A stretch of DNA of 64,000 bases from an uncultured delta proteobacterium (GCA_963840855.1 CAWJBB010000034.1:72340-136339); one strand, 5' to 3'. Positions 18,963 to 29,834 are shown, numbered from the stretch's first letter. Notes: generated from the sequence alone by a model not told the origin. Made by a program: numbers and translations.

Positions 18963-20840
18963 GTGCAAAAGATCGACTTCAGTTACAGGGGCCTGATTCG
19001 TTTCGCCGTGACGGTGATCGCCGTCGCCATGTGCCTCTATCACATGTGGGTGATCCTGGCCGGCCAGCCGGAAGCGATCATATTCCGTGGTACGCACCTG
19101 CTCTTCGCGCTCGTTCTTGTTTTTCTGATCTACGGGTCCAGGGCAAATGTCCAAAGGCCGAATCCGAACGCCATCGACTACGCGTGGCTGGCGCTCGGCG
19201 TGGCCTCGCTTCTCTACCTGTTCATCAATTACGAATACGTCGTCACGCGCATTTACTACATCGACGAGCTGACGCCGGCGGACATGATCTTCGGCACAAT
19301 CCTGCTCGTGGTCGTGACCGAAGCGACGCGCCGTTGTGTCGACGTGTCGCTGCCCGTCACCTCGATTCTGTTCGTCCTGTACGGCCTCTTCATCGCCAGA
19401 CTCGAACCGATGCGCATCCTCGATCAGCTCTACATGACAACGGAGGGTGTTTTCGGCCAGGCGCTCGCAGTATCGGCGTCGTTCGTGATCATCTTCGTGA
19501 TGTTCGGCAGCTTCATGGAGCGAACCGGCGTCGGGCAATTGTTCATGGACTTTGCCATGGCGCTGACCGGGCACACCGCCGGCGGTCCCGGCAAAGTCTC
19601 GGTGATCAGCTCGAGCCTGTTCGGCACGATCTCCGGCAGCGCGGTCGCCAACGTCATGGTTGACGGAGCGATATCGATCCCGCTGATGAAGCGCTCGGGA
19701 TTTCCGTCGCACTTTGCCGCCGGCGTCGAGGCGACCGCGTCAACCGGCGGCCAGATCATGCCGCCGATCATGGGTGCCGCCGCTTTCGTGATGGCTGAGT
19801 TTTTGGCAGTCCCTTACAGCCAGGTGGTAATCTGGGCGATCATTCCCGCCATTCTCTACTATGTCGCCTGCTTCGCCGCCGTCCACTTCGAGGCCAAACG
19901 TCGCGGCATCGTCGGCGTGCCCCGCTCGGAGCTGCCGAAGCTTGGCATCGTGATGGCCGAGCGCGGCCATCTGTTCCTGCCCATCATCATCCTTCTGGCC
20001 GTCATGTATTCGGGCTACAGCGCGCCTCTCGCAGCGCTCGCCGGAACGCTCGCCTGCTTCCCGGCGGCGGCGTTACGCAAATCGTCGCGCGTCAATGTCA
20101 CACTGTCCAACATCATCGAGGCGATGGTGGACGGCGCCAAGAACTCGCTCCCGGTCGCCCTCGCCTGCGCTTCGGCCGGCATCATGATCGGCGTGGTGAC
20201 GCTGTCCGGGCTGGGCATCGTATTCACGCAATGGGTGGTCGCGCTGGCGCAGGACAGCCTATTCATCGCGCTCGTCATGACGATGTTCGCCGGCATCGTG
20301 CTCGGCACCGGCCTGCCCACGACGCCGTCCTATATTATCCTGACTGCGTTGCTCATCCCCGCGATTATGAAGCTCGGCGTGATCGAGCCAGCCGCGCACA
20401 TGTTCGCCTTCTATTACGCGATTCTCTCGGCGATCACGCCGCCGGTGGCGCTCGCAGTGTTCGCCGCGGCAGGGCTAGCGAAAGCGGACATGTGGGACAG
20501 CGGATGGGCCGCCATGAAGATCGGCGCCGCCGGTTTCATTATCCCGTTCATGTTCGTCTATCAGCCAGCGCTGTTGATGATCGGCGATTGGCCGACCATA
20601 ATCTGGAGCTTCTCGACGGCCTGCGTGGGCATCGCGCTGTTCGCCGGCGGGCTGCACGGCTATTTCGTGACGGCCGCTTCCCACTGGCAGCGCGCATTAC
20701 TCAGCGCCGGCGGCATCTGTCTCGTCTTTCCCGGGGTCTGGACGGATCTTGCGGGAGCCGGCCTCGCGGCCGTCGTGATCGTCACCCAACTCATCGAGCG
20801 CCGCGCCGCCAGCAGCCCGGCCGCTGCACCGACACAATGA
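18963..20840 (+). CDS. TRAP transporter fused 4TM/12TM permease (TAXI type)
   Basis: GGPGK, GTISGSAVANV, ASTGGQIMPPIMGAAAFVMAE, GLPTT, ITPPVA motifs. Confidence 0.93.
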   Translation: MQKIDFSYRGLIRFAVTVIAVAMCLYHMWVILAGQPEAIIFRGTHLLFALVLVFLIYGSRANVQRPNPNAIDYAWLALGVASLLYLFINYEYVVTRIYYIDELTPADMIFGTILLVVVTEATRRCVDVSLPVTSILFVLYGLFIARLEPMRILDQLYMTTEGVFGQALAVSASFVIIFVMFGSFMERTGVGQLFMDFAMALTGHTAGGPGKVSVISSSLFGTISGSAVANVMVDGAISIPLMKRSGFPSHFAAGVEATASTGGQIMPPIMGAAAFVMAEFLAVPYSQVVIWAIIPAILYYVACFAAVHFEAKRRGIVGVPRSELPKLGIVMAERGHLFLPIIILLAVMYSGYSAPLAALAGTLACFPAAALRKSSRVNVTLSNIIEAMVDGAKNSLPVALACASAGIMIGVVTLSGLGIVFTQWVVALAQDSLFIALVMTMFAGIVLGTGLPTTPSYIILTALLIPAIMKLGVIEPAAHMFAFYYAILSAITPPVALAVFAAAGLAKADMWDSGWAAMKIGAAGFIIPFMFVYQPALLMIGDWPTIIWSFSTACVGIALFAGGLHGYFVTAASHWQRALLSAGGICLVFPGVWTDLAGAGLAAVVIVTQLIERRAASSPAAAPTQ

Positions 20841-20908
20841 GTCCGCAAAAACGGCGCAAAGATAATCAACATATCGAACCTTCACGACGCTCCTAAACGA
20901 CTGTGCTC

Positions 20909-20945
20909 AAAAAAAATGGGCGACCGTTCATCACGGTCGCCCATT
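20909..20945 (-). terminator. Intrinsic terminator downstream of the UbiD-family gene
   Basis: 13-bp stem aatgggcgaccgt/acggtcgcccatt with an A8 tract (U-tract on the minus strand). Confidence 0.85.
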
Positions 20946-20969
20946 CGGCGCTCATAATCGAATTTTCGA

Positions 20970-22460
20970 CTACGCTTCGATGAGCTTCTTCCACTTGTTG
21001 TAGATCTTCTCTTTCAACTCTGGCGAAGACTCGGCCACCGGGGGGAAGTCTTTCATCCACTCGAACGGCCGGCAGGCGTCGATGACCGCGCGGGAGTTGA
21101 ATCCCTTCTTGCCCGGTTGAATGCGCGGATCGAGCGGGCCGCTCCAGCAGCGGCGCAGTATTTCAATCGACTCCACCGGATCGGAGCGGCTGGCCAATGC
21201 CCAGAGCACGTCGAAGGTGTTGGTCGGGTCGATATCCTCATCGACGACGATAACGTAGCGCCCGAGATACGCTCCGGCGTGCACCTGCGAAGCGGCAAGC
21301 ATCGCCTGGCGCGCATGCCCTGGATAGCGCTGCTTGATCGAGATGATGTTGAACAAGCGGCCGCCGCCGGCTTCGTGGCACCACACGCCTTTCACGTCGG
21401 GAACACCGGCCTTTTCAACCTGCTCCCAAATCAGCGACGCCTTCACCATACATTTGGCGATGGAATAGTCTGACGGCGGACGGCCGGGGCGGGCGCAACA
21501 GAGGATCGGATCGTTTCTATAGTAGACGTTTTCAACGCGGATCACCGGCTCCGGCCGGCTCGAGCTCGCGTAGTATCCGGTCCACTCACCGAAGGGGCCT
21601 TCGGTCTTTCGGTCAGTCGGATCCATCCAACCTTCAATGACGATTTCCGCGTTAGCGGGGAAAGGCAGACCGGTCGACTTGCCTTCGATAACTTCGACAG
21701 GCTCGCCCTTCAAACCACCGGCATAATCGAATTCGGACACGCCGTAGTCGATCTCGTTACCGGAGACCATGAACAGGACCGGGTCCTGTCCGACGGAGAC
21801 GACGACCGGACAAGGTTTGCCGCGCTCGAAGTACTTGTTGCGCTGAATGCCGCCGTGCTTGCCGGGCGAGATGTATAGCCCCATGCTCCCCTTGTCATGC
21901 ACCATGCCGCGATAGGCGCCGAAGTTTACCCAGCCTTCGTCCGGGTCGCGCGTGATCACCAAGCAGGCAGTGCCAATAAACCGGCCGCCGTCGAGCTCGT
22001 GCATGAAAGGCACCGGGAACTTCAGGAGATCGATCTTATCGCCGGAGTCGACGTTCTCGAGCACCGGTCCTTTGGTGACGACTTTGTGCTTGATCGGCTC
22101 GTGGCTCATGAGCTTTTGGCGGAAAGCGCGCACCAGGTCCAGGTTCGACAAGTTCATGTCCAGGCCCAAGTTCAACGCCATCCGTTTGAAGGAAGCGTTC
22201 TGGGCGAAGAGGGTGCGGAAACCTTTCGGATAACCGGGAACGTTGTCGAATAAAACGGCCGGGGTTACGCCGCTCTTGGACTCACGAGCGAATATCTCCG
22301 CAAGCGTGCCCATCTCGAGATTCCAATCCACGCCGTCGGCCTTTTTCAGTTCGCCGAAACTGTCGACGATTTCGAGCCAGTCGCGCAAGTCTTTATACTT
22401 CGGGGTTTTCCCCGCCTTCATGTCATCTTCGGCCAGCTTTCTCGCCTCGAGTGCTGTCAT
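20970..22460 (-). CDS. UbiD family prFMN-dependent (de)carboxylase
   Basis: DGGRFIGT, NFGAYR, EIVIEG, EGPFGEWTGYY, VVDEDIDP, LDP motifs. Confidence 0.93.
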   Translation of the reverse strand: MTALEARKLAEDDMKAGKTPKYKDLRDWLEIVDSFGELKKADGVDWNLEMGTLAEIFARESKSGVTPAVLFDNVPGYPKGFRTLFAQNASFKRMALNLGLDMNLSNLDLVRAFRQKLMSHEPIKHKVVTKGPVLENVDSGDKIDLLKFPVPFMHELDGGRFIGTACLVITRDPDEGWVNFGAYRGMVHDKGSMGLYISPGKHGGIQRNKYFERGKPCPVVVSVGQDPVLFMVSGNEIDYGVSEFDYAGGLKGEPVEVIEGKSTGLPFPANAEIVIEGWMDPTDRKTEGPFGEWTGYYASSSRPEPVIRVENVYYRNDPILCCARPGRPPSDYSIAKCMVKASLIWEQVEKAGVPDVKGVWCHEAGGGRLFNIISIKQRYPGHARQAMLAASQVHAGAYLGRYVIVVDEDIDPTNTFDVLWALASRSDPVESIEILRRCWSGPLDPRIQPGKKGFNSRAVIDACRPFEWMKDFPPVAESSPELKEKIYNKWKKLIEA

Positions 22461-22497
22461 CTATATCGATCTCCTTTCAGATTCGCTTGGGCGTATT

Positions 22498-23648
22498 CTA
22501 GTCCCCCAGCATCGATTCATCAATACCTTCCTTATCATCGGCCGGCAAACCATTGCAGCTGCTGGGATCCAAGTGCAGGTACACTTTGTCGCCCGGATTC
22601 ACCGCATTAAAGGGATGTGTATGCACCGCTATTATGTCATCGCCCACCGCGACTTTGCACTGATAGGCGTCACCCATAAATATCGGCTTCAGTGACGGTT
22701 CCTTCTAAAACGTTATCCATGCTCGCGGGCCTTTCCTTGTGCAGCGGGATATTTTCCGGCCGGATGGAAATCACCGCTGCCTGATCTTTTTTGAGCGCAG
22801 TGGAAGGAATAAAACTCAATATCCCTTTCTTGGTTTGAAGTTTACCGGGACGGCTGTTGCCGTCGACTTCGAGGACCTTACCCTCAATCAGGTTGGTGAG
22901 GCCTAAAAACGTCGCTGTGAAACGTCTCTTCGGACGGGTATACAGTTCGTGCGGCGAGCCGATCTCGATCAGCACGCCGGCGTGCATGACCGCGATCTGA
23001 TCCGAAATCGCCAACGCCTCCGCTTGATCGTGGGTGACGAAAATCGTCGTGATGCTGGTTCGGCGTTGCAGCGACTTGATCTCTGATCTCATTTGTACGC
23101 GCAGCTTGGCGTCCAGGTTACTCAACGGCTCGTCGAGCAGCATGACCTTGGGCTCGTTTATCAGCGCCCGCGCAAACGCCACACGCTGCTGCTGGCCGCC
23201 TGACAGTTTTGGCGCGGGCCGGTCTTCCAAACCATCCAGCCCCACGATCCTCAAAACGTCGGTTACGCGCCGCTTGATCTCCGCCCTGGGCCGGCGCTGA
23301 ATGGTTAGCGGATAGGCGACGTTTTCCGCGACGGTCATATGCGGCCAGATCGCGTAGGATTGAAAAACCATGCCGATGGGCCGTTTGTTGGTTGGCACGT
23401 AGACGACGCTCGCCGGAGGCGTAAACCGCTTGGCCGCCGATATTAATCCGGCCGCCGTCGGGCCGCTCCAGGCCGGCGACGCAACGCAAGGTCGTGGTTT
23501 TGCCGCAACCGCTAGGGCCGAGAAAAGTATAAAGCGAACCCTCGGGAACATTGAGAGACACGCCCTTCAAAACGTGAACACGCTCTTTATCTTCGCCGAA
23601 ATATTTCTCCAACGAGTCGATCTGAACCATGTCTCTCTTCTCTGCCAT
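22498..23648 (-). CDS. ABC ATP-binding protein (FbpC/PotA-like) with two frameshifts (~23405, ~22678)
   Basis: Walker A GPSGCGKTT in one frame; VFQSYAIWPHMTV, LSGGQQQRVA and LLDEPLSNLD in the next; TOBE-like tail FMGDAYQCKV in a third. Confidence 0.82.
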
Positions 23649-23710
23649 AAATCCTCCCGGAACGCGCCGGCGGTTACCGTCCGGCTTGCAACGAATTGGT
23701 GAGCGGTTGC

Positions 23711-25402
23711 TTATTCGGCGATGCCGATTTTCGCGCCAAGTTTGCGCGCCGTAAAAGCCATAGCGACGAGCAGCAATACCATCATTACCCCCAGCGCGCA
23801 GACATACGTGTATTGACCGCCTTCCCATAAGTCAAACGCCATGATCGACAGCACCGTGCTGTTGTACGAATACAGCAAGATCGAGGTCGATAATTCGCGC
23901 AATGCGATGATACTGATGTAAATCCAGCCGGCGGTAAAGCCCGGCATCAAGAGCGGCAAAATGACTTTTCGGAACGTCTGAAACCAGGTGCCGCCGGCTG
24001 TCAGCGACGCCTCTTCCAATTCTTTATTGATTTGAATCATCGAGGCCGACGCGGCGCGAATTCCATAGGGTATATATTTAGTAACGTACGCCAGAAGCAA
24101 TACCCAGATCGTCCCATAAATTGGAATGGGTATGGTCAGATAAACCCAAATCAAGCTGACTCCGAGCACGATCCCAGGCATCGCTATGGGAATAAAAGTC
24201 AGCGTGTCAAGAAAGGCCCGCCCGGGCAGTTTGGTCTTGACCGTCACCCAGGCAATGACCGATGTGAGCAGCATGACAATCGTCGCCGAACCCACCGAGA
24301 GATAAAAGCTGTTTTTGAACGCGGTGGCGGCCAGCGGATAGTTAATGATGTATTTGTAATTGGCCCACGTCATCTTTTCGGCCAACTCCCACGACGGCAC
24401 GCCATAGTAAGGAATGAAGGACGACCAGAGCAGTACGAAAACCGGCATGATGACGGCGAGAAAAAAGATTAGAATCGAAAGCGCGCAGGTGAGGTATTTC
24501 CAGACGCCGAGATCGATCACCCGGGGACGGTAGCCCTTGCCGGTCACCGTCGCATAGCGCTCCTCGCGCCGGGTGATTTTTCCGTAAATCAGCACGCCGA
24601 CGGTGCTGATTCCCAGCAAGGTCACCGCGTAAGCGCCGGCGAGTCCAAAGTCCGAGGGAAATTGGTGAATCGCCAGAAAAATCTTGGTCGTGAAAACGGA
24701 GATTTTAGCCGGCACACCGATCAGCGCGGGCACTTCAAAGGCCTCAATGCCGCGAATGAAGACGATCAACATCACGCTGAACATGGCCGGCCGCATGAGC
24801 GGCAGAGTTATGCGGCCGAAGGTCACAAGCGTGCTCGAACCGGCGGTCAAGGCGGCCTCTTCGAGGGAGGTGTCCATGTTGCGGAATGCCGCGGACATTA
24901 AAAGAAAAACCAGCGGATAGAGATGAATCGACTCCGCCCAGATCATCCCCCACATCGAGTAGACATTGAATGGCGCCGACTCCAGCCCGAGCAAACCCTT
25001 TATGACTAAGTTGATCAGACCAATCTTGGGGCTAAGTAGAAGTATCCAGGCGATAGTGCTCAGGATGCCTGGAATAATAAAGGGGATGAGCGCCATCACG
25101 ACGAACAGTTTTTTAAGCGGCGTGTTGGTGCGCTCGCTCACCCAGGCGAGAAACGTGCCGATCAGAAACGTAAGCGAACAGACGCCGATTGCGTAGTAAA
25201 CGGAATTCAGAAAAAGGACGTAGAATTCCTTATCGAAGTAAGCCTTGACGTAATTCTGGATGGTATAGGTTGCCCCTGGCTCTCCTATCGGCGCGCTGCG
25301 AATGCTGCCGTAGAGGAGCATCACCAGAGGCACACCGGCCAGGTAAAGCACGAAAATTATCGCCCCAATCAGAATTAGAGCTTGGGCGTTGAGCCTGCGC
25401 AC
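23711..25402 (-). CDS. ABC permease, FbpB/iron(III)-type with two fused transmembrane domains
   Basis: Two EAA loops (SLEEAALTAGS, ELEEASLTAGG), ERTN.P motif. Confidence 0.9.
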   Translation of the reverse strand: MRRLNAQALILIGAIIFVLYLAGVPLVMLLYGSIRSAPIGEPGATYTIQNYVKAYFDKEFYVLFLNSVYYAIGVCSLTFLIGTFLAWVSERTNTPLKKLFVVMALIPFIIPGILSTIAWILLLSPKIGLINLVIKGLLGLESAPFNVYSMWGMIWAESIHLYPLVFLLMSAAFRNMDTSLEEAALTAGSSTLVTFGRITLPLMRPAMFSVMLIVFIRGIEAFEVPALIGVPAKISVFTTKIFLAIHQFPSDFGLAGAYAVTLLGISTVGVLIYGKITRREERYATVTGKGYRPRVIDLGVWKYLTCALSILIFFLAVIMPVFVLLWSSFIPYYGVPSWELAEKMTWANYKYIINYPLAATAFKNSFYLSVGSATIVMLLTSVIAWVTVKTKLPGRAFLDTLTFIPIAMPGIVLGVSLIWVYLTIPIPIYGTIWVLLLAYVTKYIPYGIRAASASMIQINKELEEASLTAGGTWFQTFRKVILPLLMPGFTAGWIYISIIALRELSTSILLYSYNSTVLSIMAFDLWEGGQYTYVCALGVMMVLLLVAMAFTARKLGAKIGIAE

Positions 25403-25423
25403 CTTGACCCTCCTGGAATTGGA

Positions 25424-26251
25424 CTAATTTCTTGGCGCTTCGTTAATGTTGTGAACGACCTGGTCCTGGAGCATGGTCTTTTTGACTTCCTCCTCGATCA
25501 GGTTCCAGACTTGATCTTCATATTTCAAAAAGCTCGGATCACGCTTGACCGAAAGCTCGCGCGGCCGCGGTATATCGATTTTGATCGTCGCTTTCACCCG
25601 ACCCGGACGGGCGGCGAACACGATCACCCGGTCGGCGAGATAAATCGCCTCGTTAATCTGGTGGGTGATAAATAGCACGGTCTTTTGGGACTCGCGCCAG
25701 ATGCGCAGCAATTCCGACTGCATGATTTCACGGGTCTGGGCATCGAGAGCGGCGAAAGGCTCGTCCATGATGAGGATCTTCGGGTCCACTGTCAGCGCCC
25801 TGGCGAGATTGCAGCGCTGTTGCATACCACCGGAAAGTTCGTGCGGGTAGTGTTCTTCGAAACCCGACAAACCCACGAGTTTGATAAACTCCTTGGCGCG
25901 CGCACTCCCTTCGGCGTTATCGAGGCCCTGGCATTCCAAACCGAAGATGACGTTCTTAAACACCGTGCGCCACGGCATCAGACAGGAATCTTGGAAGACC
26001 ATGCCGCGGTCCGTTCCCGGTCCCTTGACCGCAACGCCGTCAATATCGATCCGCCCTGCCGTCGGCTTGAGCAAGCCGTCGCAGAGGTTAATAAAGGTGG
26101 TCTTGCCGCAGCCGCTGGGTCCGACGATGGTAACGAACTCGCCGTCGTCCACCTGTAAGTTGATGTTTTCCAGCGCCAATAACCTGCCGCCCGTGCGCGG
26201 CTGATAGTATTCGTGCCGCAGGCCAGTCGCCTTCAATTTAGTCTGTGCCAC
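25424..26251 (-). CDS. ABC ATP-binding protein, NitT/TauT family
   Basis: GPSGCGKTT, YPHELSGGMQQR, MDEPFAALDAQTR, ITH..EA.YLADR; GGAGG RBS and GTG start. Confidence 0.93.
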   Translation of the reverse strand: MAQTKLKATGLRHEYYQPRTGGRLLALENINLQVDDGEFVTIVGPSGCGKTTFINLCDGLLKPTAGRIDIDGVAVKGPGTDRGMVFQDSCLMPWRTVFKNVIFGLECQGLDNAEGSARAKEFIKLVGLSGFEEHYPHELSGGMQQRCNLARALTVDPKILIMDEPFAALDAQTREIMQSELLRIWRESQKTVLFITHQINEAIYLADRVIVFAARPGRVKATIKIDIPRPRELSVKRDPSFLKYEDQVWNLIEEEVKKTMLQDQVVHNINEAPRN

Positions 26252-26374
26252 GATACCTCCTCAATTTATGTGAAAATTCCCAGTTCATGGATCGCTGCCG
26301 TCACTGGCCGCCGCTGTGAAAACCGCCTTAGCACTTATCACTTTCATTGCTTTTTGCAAGTTTTGATGCCTTCG

Positions 26375-26403
26375 TTGACAACAAAAAATTAATCGGATAG
26401 GTT
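26375..26403 (+). promoter_or_regulatory. Sigma70-type promoter for gntR
   Basis: TTGACA-17 nt-TAGGTT. Confidence 0.6.
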
Positions 26404-26410
26404 TCGCGGC

Positions 26411-26434
26411 ATTGCATAAACTTTTTTATGCAAT
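26411..26434. promoter_or_regulatory. Palindromic operator, probable GntR autoregulatory site
   Basis: Perfect 10-bp inverted repeat ATTGCATAAA-cttt-TTTATGCAAT at the predicted transcription start. Confidence 0.65.
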
Positions 26435-26442
26435 TTCGCTCG

Positions 26443-27165
26443 ATGCCGTACGCCCTAAGAAAATCGAAACCCAAACCGCGCGCCGCCGAAAATCTCTCCG
26501 TGCGCGTTTATGCCCAGATCAAGAACTTGATTCTGTGCAACGAGGTCATGCCGGGCCAAAAACTGCATCATCAGGAACTCAGCGACCGTCTCGGCGTCAG
26601 TCGCACTCCCGTGCGCGAAGCGCTTACTCGGCTCGTGCAAGAAGGTTACGTATCGTTTCTGCCGAATCGCGGTTTTACCTGCAAAGAAATTAGATTGCAA
26701 GAGGCGGAAGAGCTGTACGATGTGCGCGAAGCCCTGGAGGCTTTCGCGGTTGAAAAAGCGGTCCAAAATGTGAGCGACGACGGCCTCGATAAACTGTCCC
26801 GAAAGATGCATCGTTACGGCGCGGACGTCGAGCGACGCTTCTCGCGCGAGCGCCTGATCTACGACCAGGACCTGCACCTGGAAATCGCCCGCATCGCCGG
26901 CAACGAAACATTGATTCGCGCGTTGACTCAAGTATTTGAACGGATCATATTGAAAAGACGAACCGACGGCCTTTATGACCCGGCCCGCGGCCTCACCGCC
27001 CACCAGGAACATCTCGAGCTCATTCAAGCCATGAAGCGGCGCGACGCGGCGCAAGCTGTCGGCATTCTGCGCTCGCACATCCGGGCCGGCAAAGACAACG
27101 TCCTTGCCGATTTGCGCCAAAGACAGCATTTACGTGAGCCCCAGGGTTCGCCGATTTTAGTCTAA
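26443..27165 (+). CDS. GntR family transcriptional regulator (FCD domain)
   Basis: LS.RVY..IK..I, PGQKL...ELS.RLGVSRTPVREAL, E.YDVREALE, EH..LI.A; alternative start at 26428. Confidence 0.92.
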   Translation: MPYALRKSKPKPRAAENLSVRVYAQIKNLILCNEVMPGQKLHHQELSDRLGVSRTPVREALTRLVQEGYVSFLPNRGFTCKEIRLQEAEELYDVREALEAFAVEKAVQNVSDDGLDKLSRKMHRYGADVERRFSRERLIYDQDLHLEIARIAGNETLIRALTQVFERIILKRRTDGLYDPARGLTAHQEHLELIQAMKRRDAAQAVGILRSHIRAGKDNVLADLRQRQHLREPQGSPILV

Positions 27166-27199
27166 TGGAGTGGCTCATAAATCGGGGGACTTATCTACC

Positions 27200-27277
27200 C
27201 GTCATTCCGGCCAACATGGCGATAGCTAGCGCGAGCCGGAATCCAGTGTAGGGGCGGGTTTAAAACCCACCCCTACA
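27200..27277. repeat. Two adjacent REP-like palindromes
   Basis: cgtcattccggcc...gccggaatccag and GTAG-type gtaggggcgggtttaaaacccacccctaca. Confidence 0.65.
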
Positions 27278-27392
27278 ACATGTCCACTTTGGGAGGAATG
27301 ACGGACTCGGACTCCTAACTTTGTAAGCAAACTATAATTCCAGGACACTAGCAACAGAATCAGAACAAATACCAACAAAGGAAGGACGAACA

Positions 27393-28763
27393 ATGGCTGC
27401 AGATCTGGTAATCAAAAACGGTTGGGTAGTAACACCCACCGAAACGTTTCAAGGGGGCGTTGCCATCAGCAACGAGAAAATCGTCGCCATCGGCGCCAAC
27501 GACCAGTTGCCCCAAGGCAAGGAAGAAATCGACGCGAAGGGCAAGCATATCCTCCCCGGCATCTTCGATGGCCATGTCCATTTTCGCGAGCCCGGCATGA
27601 CGCATAAAGAAGATTTTCAAACCGGTTCCACGGCGGCGGTGTGCGGCGGCATAACCACCGTCATCGACATGCCGAACACGGTTCCGCCCACCGCGGACGC
27701 GGAACAAGTGAAAGTCAAGAAAGAGCTGGGCGAGGCGAAATCGCTCGTGGACTTCGGCATCACCGGCGTCATCGTGCAAACCAACACGAAAAATATTCTG
27801 CCCATGGCCGCCGCCGGCGCCATCGGCTACAAGATCTTCTTCGGCGAAACCATCGGCAACCTGCCCTTCCCCGATGACGGCATGTGCATGGAGGCATTCG
27901 ATTACATCGCGCAATCAAAGCTGCCTTTGGGCATTCACGCCGAGAACCGCCAGATTATGGCCTATTGCACCAACAAGCTTAAAACCGAAGGCAAGAATGA
28001 CGCCCGCTATTGGGAAGCCTCCCGTCCCGATATCTGCGAGGCGGAGTCGGTGCACCACGCCCTGTTCTTCGCCGAAACCTTCGGCACCAAGCTTCATGTT
28101 TTTCACATGAGCTCCAAGCAAGCTGCTTACATGGTCCGCGACGCCAAGGCGCGCGGCCTCAGAGTAACGGCGGAAACCGGGCCCCATTATCTGCTGCGCG
28201 AACCCAATGATATGGACAACGTGGGGTCGCTGCTCAAGATGAATCCGCCGGTGCGCACCAAAGATCACGCCGAGGTTCTCTGGCAGGGGCTCCGCGAAGG
28301 TTTCGTTGACACATTGGCTACCGACCACTCGCCGCACACGCTGGATGAAAAGGGTTCGGACATCTACGGCAAACTCACCAAGCCGGCGATCTGGGACTGC
28401 ATCTCCGGTTTCTGCGGCGTCGAGACCGGCGTGCCGCTGATATTGACTGAGGTGAACAAGGGCCGGCTGACACTCAACCAGTACGTCAAAGTCGCCTGCG
28501 AGAATCCGGCTAAAGTCTGGCAGGTCTACCCGCAAAAGGGCGCGATCCGCCTGGGCTCCGACGGCGACATCACGATCATCGACATGGACAAGGAAGGCGC
28601 CATCGACGTCAACAAGCTGCACAGTAAAAACAAACCATCGCCATGGCATGGCTGGAAAGTGAAGGGCATGCCGGTCTGCACCATCGTGCGCGGCCATGTG
28701 CAGATGAGAGACGGCGAGCCCTGCGGTAAAGCTATCGGCAAGGCGCTGAAGCCATTGGTCTAA
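27393..28763 (+). CDS. Cyclic amidohydrolase (allantoinase/dihydroorotase family)
   Basis: DGHVHFREPG, GGITTVIDMPNT, GYKIF (carbamylated Lys), HAEN, KMNPP, TDHSPH. Confidence 0.9.
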   Translation: MAADLVIKNGWVVTPTETFQGGVAISNEKIVAIGANDQLPQGKEEIDAKGKHILPGIFDGHVHFREPGMTHKEDFQTGSTAAVCGGITTVIDMPNTVPPTADAEQVKVKKELGEAKSLVDFGITGVIVQTNTKNILPMAAAGAIGYKIFFGETIGNLPFPDDGMCMEAFDYIAQSKLPLGIHAENRQIMAYCTNKLKTEGKNDARYWEASRPDICEAESVHHALFFAETFGTKLHVFHMSSKQAAYMVRDAKARGLRVTAETGPHYLLREPNDMDNVGSLLKMNPPVRTKDHAEVLWQGLREGFVDTLATDHSPHTLDEKGSDIYGKLTKPAIWDCISGFCGVETGVPLILTEVNKGRLTLNQYVKVACENPAKVWQVYPQKGAIRLGSDGDITIIDMDKEGAIDVNKLHSKNKPSPWHGWKVKGMPVCTIVRGHVQMRDGEPCGKAIGKALKPLV

Positions 28764-28768
28764 AGATG

Positions 28769-28837
28769 GGAGTACTGGAGTGCTGGAGTATTGGAGTGAT
28801 GCATTTAAAACCCATCACTCCGGTACTCCAACACTCC
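28769..28837. repeat. Paired inverted octamer array (GGAGTRNT x4 ... ANYACTCC x3)
   Basis: ggagtact-ggagtgct-ggagtatt-ggagtgat ... atcactcc-ggtactcc-aacactcc. Confidence 0.85.
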
Positions 28838-28922
28838 AGGACCCCAGTCCGCTGCGGAATGACGCCTTCGAGCGTGACGAAGCGTATGAGCCTCTATGAT
28901 CGTTTCGCAAGGAAATAAGTTC

Positions 28923-29834
28923 ATGAAGCGCACTGAACCTTTAGAAATGTACCAGCCGGATTCGCTCCAAGAGGCGAGCCGGCTGCTCAAAGAAAATGGC
29001 CCGGGGGGCCGCTTTCTCGCCGGCGGCACCGATCTGGTTATCGCGATGAAGGAAAAGGGCCTGGTACCGAAGTATATCGTCGATCTCAAACGGATTGCCG
29101 GTCTCGCGGGTATCCGCGAAAACGGCGATGGCACTATCTCTCTCGGCGCTCTGACAACCATGCGGGAAGTCGAAGTTTCGCCGCTGATCAGGAAGAAGTA
29201 TCCCTTTCTCGCGCAGAGCGCGGCTGAAGTAGGTTCGATTCAGATCAGAAACCGCGCCACTGTCGGCGGCAACATGGCCAACGCCACGCCATCCGCCGAT
29301 GTCGCGCCCGCCCTGATTGCGCTCAGCGCCACCGCAAAAATCGTCGGCGCGAGCGGCGCAAGGGCCGTGCCGCTTGAAAGTTTCTTTCGCGGTCCCGGCC
29401 AAACCGTCATGAGCAGCGACGAAATTCTCACGGAAATCACGATCCCCAAAACCGCCGCGCAGCTCGTCGGCGAGTACATCAAGTTTTCACCGCGCGAAAT
29501 GATGGACCTGGCTTACGTCGGGGTCGCGGTGGCGTACAATCTGAGCGAAACAGATAAGCGATGCACTGGTGTGAAGATCGTTCTCGGCGCCGTGGCCCCA
29601 ACGCCGATACGCGCCAAGAAAGCAGAAGCCGCCCTGGAAGGACAGACGTTGACCGAAGCGCTGGCGGAAAAGGCCGGCGCCGCCGCCGCGGAAGAATCCA
29701 AGCCCATCAGCGACGTGCGCTCGAGCGCTGACTACCGCCGCGCCATGGTCGGTGCCATGACCAAACGCGCGATATTAAACGCCGCCGCCGGACCGGCAAA
29801 GTCGTGGGTCGAGCGGCGCGACCGGCGATATTAG
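28923..29834 (+). CDS. Xanthine dehydrogenase family FAD-binding subunit (CoxM/CutM-like)
   Basis: LAGGTDL, QIRNRATVGGN, SAD, GAVAPTP, PISDVRSSADYRR. Confidence 0.93.
   Translation: MKRTEPLEMYQPDSLQEASRLLKENGPGGRFLAGGTDLVIAMKEKGLVPKYIVDLKRIAGLAGIRENGDGTISLGALTTMREVEVSPLIRKKYPFLAQSAAEVGSIQIRNRATVGGNMANATPSADVAPALIALSATAKIVGASGARAVPLESFFRGPGQTVMSSDEILTEITIPKTAAQLVGEYIKFSPREMMDLAYVGVAVAYNLSETDKRCTGVKIVLGAVAPTPIRAKKAEAALEGQTLTEALAEKAGAAAAEESKPISDVRSSADYRRAMVGAMTKRAILNAAAGPAKSWVERRDRRY

Noticed and set aside
18263-19712. Long overlapping ORFs (466 aa plus strand, 367 aa minus strand) over the TAXI/TRAP genes
   Set aside because: Shadow frames typical of high-GC coding DNA; Arg/Gly-rich with no motifs.
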